Source: Terracidiphilus sp.
GTDB taxonomy: Bacteria; Acidobacteriota; Terriglobia; Terriglobales; Acidobacteriaceae
DNA length: 64,000 nucleotides
Reading direction: 5' to 3'
Assembly: GCA_036384955.1 (NCBI GenBank)
Contig: DASVLI010000189.1
Location: forward strand, 6,813-70,812
Position numbers and translations under genes: made by a program. The notes below the pieces were generated by a model. That model had not been told where the DNA came from. It saw only the letters and a list, made by a program, of their open reading frames with translations, and made no database searches. The stretch's first letter is position 1. The number at the start of each line of letters is the position of its first letter. Below are positions 1-8,438 of this stretch, piece after piece.

Positions 1-779
1 GGCTGGACCCGCTAGCCGGCAGCGGCACGGTGTGGATGGCGCCTATTGTGACCTGGCAGTTGGGCGACCCTTACGACCGCGTGCAATATAGCTGCGGCGG
101 CCAGCCTGCCGTGGTGGAGTACGACTATGCCAAGGGCCATGCCGTGTGGTGGGCCAGCTCCACGCCACTTGAGAACGCATCTTTGGGCCGCGACCAGGAT
201 CTGGACCTGCTGCTGAACTCGGTGGGACCGCGCGAGGGCGCGCACGTCTACTGGGACGAGTCGCTGCACGGCGAAATTCGCTCCACATGGAGTTATGCCG
301 CGGGCCCCGCGCTCACGCTGCTGGAACTGGGGCTGCTGGGCATGGGTGTGCTGGTCATTTTCAGCTTCAGCCGGCGCAGCGGACCGCTGCGCGATGAGCC
401 AGCTCCGGCGCGCGCTGCGCCCATCGAATTTCTTGAGGCGCTTGGCTCGCTCTATCGCAGCGCAGGCGCTTCGGGTACGGCCGTCTCGGTTGCCTACGAG
501 CGCTTCCGGCGGCGCATGCAGCGGCTTTGCGGTTTGCAGAACCAGCAAATGGATGCGGCTGAACTGGCTGTCCTGCTGCGCCGGCGCTTTCCGCACGCGG
601 ACGCGGCGCTGGAGGCGGATCTTGCTGCATGTCACGAGTCAGCGTGGAACGACACCATGCAACCGCGCGCCGCACTCAAGCTGATCCAGGCTCTGTACCG
701 CCACGAGAAAGCCCTGAGGGCAACCGCGCACGGGGCTCACGACCAAGAGGAATCTTACCCAGAGGAAAAGGCTTCATGA
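1..779 (+). CDS. DUF4350-like membrane protein, 5' end truncated by the window edge
   Basis: The reading frame is open to position 3. It has a TM segment (LTLLELGLLGMGVLVIFSF) followed by a helical tail. Its stop overlaps the MoxR start (ATGA at 776-779). Its position upstream of MoxR-DUF58 fits the DUF4350 family; this is from recall, not a search. Confidence 0.6.
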   Translation, partial: LDPLAGSGTVWMAPIVTWQLGDPYDRVQYSCGGQPAVVEYDYAKGHAVWWASSTPLENASLGRDQDLDLLLNSVGPREGAHVYWDESLHGEIRSTWSYAAGPALTLLELGLLGMGVLVIFSFSRRSGPLRDEPAPARAAPIEFLEALGSLYRSAGASGTAVSVAYERFRRRMQRLCGLQNQQMDAAELAVLLRRRFPHADAALEADLAACHESAWNDTMQPRAALKLIQALYRHEKALRATAHGAHDQEESYPEEKAS

Positions 780-1768
780 GCGACGAAATGAATGTGGAAC
801 CCACGCCCAGCCGCACGCTGGATGCAACCACGCAGTTGATTGCGCATGCACGCACGGAGATGGGCCGCGTCATCAGCGGCCAGGCCGGCGTAATGGAAGA
901 AGTGCTGATAGCCGTGCTGTGCCAGGGCCACGCCCTGCTGGAAGGCGTACCGGGCATTGCCAAAACGCTGACGGTGAAGGCGCTGGGCCGCCTGCTGGGC
1001 CTGGGCTTCCAGCGTGTGCAGGCTACGCCCGATCTGATGCCTGCCGATATTCTGGGCACGTCCATCCTGAAGCCCGGCACGGACACATTCACCTTCCACG
1101 CCGGTCCAGTCTTCACCGATCTGCTGCTGGTGGATGAAATCAACCGCATGCCTCCGCGCACCCAGGCCGCGCTGCTGGAGTGCATGGAAGAGCGCCAGGT
1201 GACCAGCGATGGCGTGCGCCGCCCGCTGCCCTCGTGGTTCACCGTCTTCGCCACGCAGAACCCGGTCGACTTCGAAGGCACCTATCCCTTGCCCGAGGCG
1301 CAGCTCGACCGCTTTCTGATGAAGATTCGCGTTGCTTATCCCACGGAGGCCGAGGAGATTGAAATCCTGCATCGGCACCACGCGGCCACCGCTGCCGGTC
1401 TGCTGGACGATGCTGCCATTCAACCGATACCGGCCGGTCTGCTGGCCGCGGCGCGTGCCGAGGTGCACGCCATCCGCATTGAGCCGGAGCTCTACACCTA
1501 CATTCTGGCCCTGGCGCGGCGCACGCGCGAGTGGCCGGCGCTGCTGCTGGGCGCAAGCCCCCGCGCGGCGCTTAGCCTGATGCTGGTGGCGCAGGCCGCC
1601 GCGGCCTTTGATGGGCGCGACTACCTGGTTCCCGACGACGTGAAGCGCGCCGTGCTGCCGGTGCTGCGCCATCGCGTGATGCTCAAGCCGGAAGCTGAGC
1701 TGGAAGGCTTCGACGCCGACCGCGTGCTTACCGACGTGATTGCCGCCGTGCCGGTGCCGCGGCAATGA
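776..1768 (+). CDS. MoxR-family AAA+ ATPase
   Basis: About 330 aa. Walker A-like GVPGIAKT, Walker B LLLVDEINR, and the typical MoxR tail (LGASPRAALSL...RDYLVPDDVK). The ATG at 776 overlaps the upstream stop. Confidence 0.9.
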   Translation: MSDEMNVEPTPSRTLDATTQLIAHARTEMGRVISGQAGVMEEVLIAVLCQGHALLEGVPGIAKTLTVKALGRLLGLGFQRVQATPDLMPADILGTSILKPGTDTFTFHAGPVFTDLLLVDEINRMPPRTQAALLECMEERQVTSDGVRRPLPSWFTVFATQNPVDFEGTYPLPEAQLDRFLMKIRVAYPTEAEEIEILHRHHAATAAGLLDDAAIQPIPAGLLAAARAEVHAIRIEPELYTYILALARRTREWPALLLGASPRAALSLMLVAQAAAAFDGRDYLVPDDVKRAVLPVLRHRVMLKPEAELEGFDADRVLTDVIAAVPVPRQ

Positions 1769-3186
1769 TTGCAGCCTCACTCTATCCCGAATCGATCAGC
1801 GCGCCGTGCGAGCGCAGGCGCCGGCTGGGCTTTGGCCTTACGCCGCGCGCCATGCTGCTGCTGGTTGCCGGGTTCGTGCTGCTGATTCCCGGCTTTTGGG
1901 ATGGCCGCCTGGCCTACGCCATGCTGGCCTGGGATGGATTGGTGTTGCTTGCCGCGCTGCTGGATGGGCTGCGCCTGCCCAAGCCCGCGCAGCTGACCGC
2001 CGGCCGCGCCTGGAACAGTGCGCCCGCGCTCGACAGCGCCACCGAGATGGAGCTTGGCGTTCTGAACGAAGGGCGCATCGTGCTCGATTGCCGCCTGACC
2101 GACGACCTGCCAGCGGAGCTTGCTCGTACGCTCGTTACGCATCGGCTCACCGCATTCCCGCGCGTTGCCGCGACGCTGCGCACCACCATTCAACCGCACG
2201 AGCGCGGCGACTGGGAAACGGGCGACCTCTACCTGCGCTATCGCTCCGGGCTGGGGCTCGTGGACCGCTGGGCGCGCGCGCCGCTCAAGCAGACGGTGCG
2301 TGTCTACCCCGCGCTCAAAACCAGCGAAGAGCAGCAGATCTTTCTCGCGCGCAGCCGCCAAATCGACCTGCAACTGCGCCAGGCGCGCCAGCGCGGCCTG
2401 GGCCGCGATTTCGAGAGCCTGCGCGAGTATCGCGAGGGCGACGACCTGCGCGACATCTGCTGGACCGCCTCCGCGCGCCGCGGCTCGCTCATCACCCGCC
2501 AGTACCAGACCGAGCGCAGCCAGGCGGTGTGGATCGTTCTGGACTGCGGCCGCCTGATGCGCAACCGCCCGACTCCTGCGGAGGGCGGACCTTTGGATGT
2601 GAGCAGTGGCACGGATGACGCCCATACCAAGCTGGACCATGCCTGCACCACGGCCGTGCAACTGGCGCAGCTTGCGCTCTACTCCGGCGACCGCGTGGGA
2701 TTGCTGGCTTACGGGCAGGGCATTCAGCAGCGTCTGCTGCCGGGGCGCGGCGCTTCGCATATGCGGCAGCTTATCGAGTCGCTGGCGCTGGTGAAGGCAG
2801 AGACCGCCGAAGCCGACCACCTGCGGGCCACGGCTGTGCTGAGCCGCCTGCAGCCGCGCCGGGCTCTGGTTCTATGGATTACCGACCTGGCTGAGACCGC
2901 GATGCGCCCCGAGGTTATTGACGGCGCCATGCAACTGGTGCGCCGCCACGTGCTGCTGTTTGTGGCCATGGCGCAGCCGGAGGTGGAGCGCATTGCCGCC
3001 GAGCGGCCCACAACCGTGGAGGAGATGTTCCGCGCCACCGCCGCGCAGGAGATGGCCGCCCGCCGCGAGCTGCTGCTGGCCCGCCTGCGCGACCAGGGCG
3101 CGCTTACCATGGATCTGGACCCCGCCGCGCTTTCCTCAGCCGTGTTGAATCAGTATCTGACGGTGAAAGAGCGGGCGATGGTGTAG
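1765..3186 (+). CDS. DUF58 domain protein (vWA-like), MoxR partner
   Basis: Carries the signature DFESLREYREGDDLRDICWTASARRGSLITRQYQ and VWIVLDCG. Two N-terminal TM helices. ATGA overlap with MoxR. Confidence 0.85.
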   Translation: MIAASLYPESISAPCERRRRLGFGLTPRAMLLLVAGFVLLIPGFWDGRLAYAMLAWDGLVLLAALLDGLRLPKPAQLTAGRAWNSAPALDSATEMELGVLNEGRIVLDCRLTDDLPAELARTLVTHRLTAFPRVAATLRTTIQPHERGDWETGDLYLRYRSGLGLVDRWARAPLKQTVRVYPALKTSEEQQIFLARSRQIDLQLRQARQRGLGRDFESLREYREGDDLRDICWTASARRGSLITRQYQTERSQAVWIVLDCGRLMRNRPTPAEGGPLDVSSGTDDAHTKLDHACTTAVQLAQLALYSGDRVGLLAYGQGIQQRLLPGRGASHMRQLIESLALVKAETAEADHLRATAVLSRLQPRRALVLWITDLAETAMRPEVIDGAMQLVRRHVLLFVAMAQPEVERIAAERPTTVEEMFRATAAQEMAARRELLLARLRDQGALTMDLDPAALSSAVLNQYLTVKERAMV

Positions 3187-3260
3187 GCACCGGCGGTGCG
3201 GCGGACGCGGCTTTACAGGTTGAATGGTCACCGCTCGCTTCAGGGAGTGAGATTGCGTAT

Positions 3261-3647
3261 ATGCGCATTGCGACAGTACTTTGGCGAGTTGTTTCCGCAC
3301 TATGGGTCATTGCCTGTGCCGTAATACTGCTCCGTACTCTAAGCCTGTTGAATGGGCCACGCAGCGTGTTGTGGGCGTGGGGTGAAAGTGAGAGCCTGAT
3401 GATGTACTTGCTCTCATTCCCATCCAGCGACTATCTCCTTATCGCAGCGCAGAAATCCACGTACTGCAGAACGATGCTTTCATGGGGATATTCAACGGAC
3501 GATCCGCGGACGCTGATAGCATTGTGGGTCTGGCTCTTTGCTGCTGGCGTTCTGCAGTGGTTAATTGTGATCCCATGTGCTATTCGTGGAATATACGTCT
3601 TGGGCCTAGCGATATGTGGACGCGTCCGCCGACTAAGCTCTAAGTGA
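3261..3647 (+). CDS. Hypothetical small membrane protein (ORFan, low-GC islet)
   Basis: 128-aa ORF with 3-4 hydrophobic helices. G+C is visibly lower than the flanks. I recognise no motif. Confidence 0.4.
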   Translation: MRIATVLWRVVSALWVIACAVILLRTLSLLNGPRSVLWAWGESESLMMYLLSFPSSDYLLIAAQKSTYCRTMLSWGYSTDDPRTLIALWVWLFAAGVLQWLIVIPCAIRGIYVLGLAICGRVRRLSSK

Positions 3648-3807
3648 TCGCTTTTCAATTGAGACAAGGTTCGAATGCGATGAACGGGCACAGCTTCGTT
3701 TGATTGAACGCGACTCCTTATACATTTTGACCGAGCCGTCTGCCGATCCGCTGGGCATGATGGGCAGGCATTCCGGGGGCATTGTAAAAAATCCTATGTC
3801 TCTGCGG

Positions 3808-3873
3808 CTAAATATCAGATTCTATGGCGCTTATTGAGCACCCTATGCTCTAAATATTTGATTCTATGCGGCT
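3808..3873. repeat. Two 25-nt imperfect direct repeats, CTAAATATnnGATTCTATGssGCTT, spaced 41 nt start to start
   Basis: Copies at 3808-3832 (ctaaatatcagattctatggcgctt) and 3849-3873 (ctaaatatttgattctatgcggctt). They are flanked by the inverted pair tctgcggc (3801-3808) and gccgcaga (3876-3883). Confidence 0.8.
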
Positions 3874-4124
3874 TGGCCGCAGAAATTTGAAAACAGAGGG
3901 TTTAGCGAGCCGGGGCAAGGGCAGGTGAGCTGGTCTTCGACGCCTGCGCGTTTCCTGGCATGGAAGGAGTATGCGCCGGGGCAGGGAAATTATCTGCAAA
4001 TGGGTTGTTTGGGGCGGACTGGCGTCACAGAAAGCGGAAGGATGGGGCATCCATGGATGTGGGGAGCGGAAGGATTTCAGGAACTCAAGGGGTGGCTTCC
4101 CTGCCTGGTTAGGGTTTGATCTTT

Positions 4125-4197
4125 CCCACATCTCCAACAGCGGGAGGTGCGCCCACCCCACAAACGAAGACCTGTTTGTGGGGACCCCGGATGTGGG
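4125..4197. repeat. REP-like nested palindrome
   Basis: Outer arms are CCCACATC (4125-4132) and GATGTGGG (4190-4197). Inner arms are CCCCACAAAC (4156-4165) and GTTTGTGGGG (4174-4183). Confidence 0.8.
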
Positions 4198-4247
4198 GCA
4201 CGCGACACCCGGCGGAAAGCTAAATGGGGGAGGTCGGGGGGGGCGTT

Positions 4248-4316
4248 CCCATGTCTCAAAATCGAGACATGGGGCAACCGTTCATTTGTGGTTGGCAACG
4301 CATGGGCCACCTGCCA
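4248..4316 (+). repeat. REP/MITE-like element, copy A (hairpin CCCATGTCTC-aaaatc-GAGACATGGG plus about 45-nt tail)
   Basis: Perfect 10-bp stem at 4248-4257 and 4264-4273. The whole element of about 65 nt recurs in the same orientation at 5544-5612. Confidence 0.85.
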
Positions 4317-4321
4317 ACTCA

Positions 4322-5125
4322 TCATTGAATGCCGAAATGCTTCTCAAATTTGCTGAGTATTTCCCAGACACAAATGAGCATCGCAGGTGCGGAATTGGTC
4401 ACGATGATGGTTTCACCACCCTCATCGACAGCTATCTCAAACACGAGTTCGGTTTTCACCTGCATTTTATGACCACGCCTGAAGTTTCCGATTTTGCAGG
4501 TTCCAACTTTGCTCTCGTTTTCGAGGGTTCCCGTTCCGTCGAAGACAAGTTCATCCAGCGTCATATCGGGCGGCGGAATGATTTCTATCCGCCCGCTCGT
4601 TGGGAAACTGCCAACGAGATGCAAGGTGCGATGACGGTCGATAATCGACCACGAGCCGATTATTCCGAGGGTTTCTCCAATTTTCCAGTCACCCAAATTG
4701 TTACTCAGCACCATTCGGTTATAAGGCTGTACTGCTTCGACAAAGGACTTGAGTTCATCCGGGAGTGGCGCGATACGCCTGGCAGAATCCTTAAAGTTCC
4801 CCGCAGAGGTGCAGATGGGAAACATCAATGCATCTTTATTGGGTGGAGGGTTCTTTCCACTCGCAAGGACCGCGGCGTCGTAGATACAGGAATCGAGAGC
4901 GGCACGAAAATGGTAGAGCATCTCTCCGTACAGCAGGGAGAACTTAAAGAACCAATTCATCTCGACTGGCGTGACAAAGATTTCCCCTGTCCCATCGTCC
5001 TGAAAATCTATTCGGGTGGCGTAGGAGCTAGCAGTATTTCTACTCTTCCAAAGTTCTGCCAGCGTCTTTGCGTGCAAGCCGGCCCGGTCGGATCTAAGCC
5101 TACACGTCTGGAATGGGGCGAACAT
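4322..5125 (-). CDS. Hypothetical protein (ORFan) containing an Rx4H motif (DRHRTLH)
   Basis: 267-aa ORF in the low-GC islet. An antiparallel codon-aligned ORF (3971-5131 +) is equally open. My hand count of codon position 2 slightly favours the minus strand (minus-strand values about T80 A72 C60 G52). Confidence 0.45.
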   Translation of the reverse strand: MFAPFQTCRLRSDRAGLHAKTLAELWKSRNTASSYATRIDFQDDGTGEIFVTPVEMNWFFKFSLLYGEMLYHFRAALDSCIYDAAVLASGKNPPPNKDALMFPICTSAGNFKDSARRIAPLPDELKSFVEAVQPYNRMVLSNNLGDWKIGETLGIIGSWSIIDRHRTLHLVGSFPTSGRIEIIPPPDMTLDELVFDGTGTLENESKVGTCKIGNFRRGHKMQVKTELVFEIAVDEGGETIIVTNSAPAMLICVWEILSKFEKHFGIQ

Positions 5126-5196
5126 TCCTAAATCTTAATGGAATTCATCGTCCTTGAAGTGCGAGCCTACTCGGTGACCCATATAATTTCGAAACC

Positions 5197-5424
5197 ATGG
5201 AAAGACACAGGTTTTGGGGTTGCTATTGCTTGACGGAGGGTTGCCGACAATTTCATTTCGCTAGCTATATCGGTTTCACAGCGCGGACGTTGTTCGCTCA
5301 GCCGGATGGCGGATGGGAGTACCGATGCCCTCAGTGCGGCAAAGAGCACATGTACATGGGTAGCGACTTGGCTTCAGTTGCTCAAGATCAACCGCCTCCA
5401 CCATCTTGGGAACCGTGGTTTTAG
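5197..5424 (+). CDS. Hypothetical small Cys-rich (zinc-ribbon-like) protein
   Basis: 75 aa with CYCLTEGC ... CPQC cysteine pairs. Divergent from the 4322-5125 ORF, with a 71-nt spacer. Confidence 0.35.
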   Translation: MERHRFWGCYCLTEGCRQFHFASYIGFTARTLFAQPDGGWEYRCPQCGKEHMYMGSDLASVAQDQPPPPSWEPWF

Positions 5425-5543
5425 AGCCGGAGTAACGAGCGATCGCTACTCCCGAAAATCTACCTTCGATACGCTGCCCTGTCACGGCACTTTCAGTATG
5501 CTTGGATTGGGTTTGATTCGTCAGGTACGTTATTACCGGCGTC

Positions 5544-5612
5544 CCCATGTCTCAAAATCGAGACATGGGGCACCCACTCATTTGTGGTTGGCCAGAGCTG
5601 GCCATCCGCCCA
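5544..5612 (+). repeat. REP/MITE-like element, copy B
   Basis: Has the same hairpin as copy A (CCCATGTCTCaaaatcGAGACATGGG at 5544-5569) and a related tail (catttgtggttggc...). It is a direct repeat of 4248-4316. Confidence 0.85.
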
Positions 5613-5624
5613 AACAGAAATATA

Positions 5625-5664
5625 GAACAAGAAAAGCGCGTGGATTAGAACAATCCACGCGCTT
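5625..5664 (-). terminator. Rho-independent terminator of argG
   Basis: 13-bp stem AAGCGCGTGGATT / AATCCACGCGCTT (5633-5645 and 5652-5664). On the minus strand it is followed by tttcttgtt. Confidence 0.8.
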
Positions 5665-5708
5665 ATTCACTTCGGGCTAACTCGCCGACTTGCTGACTTG
5701 CTGACCCG

Positions 5709-7109
<1,401 letters not shown>

Positions 7110-7149
7110 CTATTTTACGGTTTGCGGCGAAACAGAGTTTCGCGTGCCG

Positions 7150-8178
7150 CTACTCGCCTTCCGGCATCACCCGCCGGGCCAGCGCCCACTTCAGCTCGTC
7201 AATGCCCTCGCCGGTGACGGCTGAGATTGCATAAAACTCGAGCTTGCGGCGCTTGGCGTGGGCTTGCAGCTTCTTCAGCTTCTCTGGATTGGCCACGTCA
7301 ATCTTGGTCGCGACCACGATCATCGGCTTCTCGGCCAGTGTCTCCGTGCCTTCGCCCACCGTAAAGCTTGCCAGCTCCTTGTTGATGACCTTGAAGTCCT
7401 CGACCGCGTCGGGGCGGCCGGCGGCGTCCGACACATCCACGAGGTGCGCCAGCACGCGGGTGCGCTCAATGTGGCGCAGGAACTGCGTGCCCAGGCCCTG
7501 GCCCGTGTGCGCGCCTTCAATCAGTCCTGGCACGTCGGCCACCACAAACGATTGCTGCTCTGGCTCTTCGCCCACCGTGACCACGCCCAGATTCGGCTCC
7601 AGGGTGGTGAAGGGGTAGTCGGCAATCTTCGGCTTGGCGGCGGAGATGCGCGAAATCAGCGTTGACTTGCCCGCGTTGGGATAGCCGACCAGGCCCACGT
7701 CGGCCAGCAGCTTCAGCTCCAGGCGATAGAGGCGCTCCTCGCCCGCGCGGCCCATTTCGTGCTCGCGCGGAGCCTGGTGGGTGCTGGTGGCAAAGTGCTG
7801 GTTGCCGCGCCCGCCGCGCCCGCCCTTGGCCACTACGATGCGCTCATCGGGAAACTTGAAGTCGTGCACCAGCTCGCCGGTCAGCTGGTCGTAAACAGCT
7901 GTGCCTACGGGCACCTGCAGCACAATGTCGGTGCCGTCCTGGCCGGTGCAATTGGAGCCCATGCCGTGCTCGCCGCGCTTGGCCTTGTGCTCGGGGTTGT
8001 AGCGGAAGTGAATCAGCGTGTTGTGGCGCTGGGTGGCTTCCATCACCACGTCGCCGCCGTGTCCGCCGTCGCCGCCGCTGGGGCCGCCGCGCGGCACAAA
8101 CTTCTCGCGCCGGAAGGCCATGCAGCCATTGCCGCCGTCGCCGGCCTTTACTCGAATTTTTGCTTCGTCAATAAACAT
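7150..8178 (-). CDS. obg: GTPase Obg/CgtA
   Basis: [27 protein letters not shown] Obg fold, then G motifs [18 protein letters not shown] and ATKID. The ATG at 8178 is preferred over the TTG at 8181. Confidence 0.95.
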   Translation of the reverse strand: MFIDEAKIRVKAGDGGNGCMAFRREKFVPRGGPSGGDGGHGGDVVMEATQRHNTLIHFRYNPEHKAKRGEHGMGSNCTGQDGTDIVLQVPVGTAVYDQLTGELVHDFKFPDERIVVAKGGRGGRGNQHFATSTHQAPREHEMGRAGEERLYRLELKLLADVGLVGYPNAGKSTLISRISAAKPKIADYPFTTLEPNLGVVTVGEEPEQQSFVVADVPGLIEGAHTGQGLGTQFLRHIERTRVLAHLVDVSDAAGRPDAVEDFKVINKELASFTVGEGTETLAEKPMIVVATKIDVANPEKLKKLQAHAKRRKLEFYAISAVTGEGIDELKWALARRVMPEGE

Positions 8179-8438
8179 CAATCACCGGGGCAAGAGCCTC
8201 TTACCAGTCTACCGGAGTGGAGGCCCGATGGTTACCAGCCGCCTCTGCGGTAATGTGGGGCAGTGCGATGGCGCACTTGCCTTTTTCGCGCGCGGAGCTA
8301 CAATTCTCCATTCACCGGACCACGGTCGTGCGCCGCGGCAACATTGCCGGAAGGCGCTCCAGAACCCGCCGTCGAGAGCGGGCCGCCTGTACCCACTCCA
8401 CTTTTTCCCAGAGTCTGCCGCGTTCGAGGAGTCCCTCG

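Noticed and set aside
3660-3690. GGTTCGAAT, resembling a tRNA T-loop, at the edge of the low-GC islet. It could be a tRNA or tRNA-fragment att site.
   Set aside because: The flanking bases do not form a T-stem (caagg vs gcgat). No acceptor or anticodon arms can be drawn, so there is no support for a tRNA or tRNA remnant.
3971-4321. The N-terminal part of the 386-aa plus-strand ORF and other ORFs across 3850-4360.
   Set aside because: The region is made of REP-like palindromes. The peptides (e.g. HVSKSRHGA, PTNEDLFVGTPDVGH) are by-products of translating repeats. The same repeat translated at 5546-5610 gives the same peptide outside any gene.
5100-5165. Short similarities (aatctt, ggaattca, tcgtcc) between the islet and the argG 3' end, considered as a second duplicated-gene-end signature.
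   Set aside because: The matching words are short and in a different order. This is not distinguishable from chance, unlike the collinear tldD-end duplication.
8217-8438. 74-codon N-terminal extension of the receptor ORF. Similar upstream extensions occur at 629, 29904, 31151, 37568, 44222 (to 46597), 46486, 47811 (to 48968) and 59056.
   Set aside because: Internal ATG starts give proper signal peptides, conserved family N-termini, or stop/start coupling with the upstream gene. The extensions are Arg/Pro-rich and overlap neighbouring genes.
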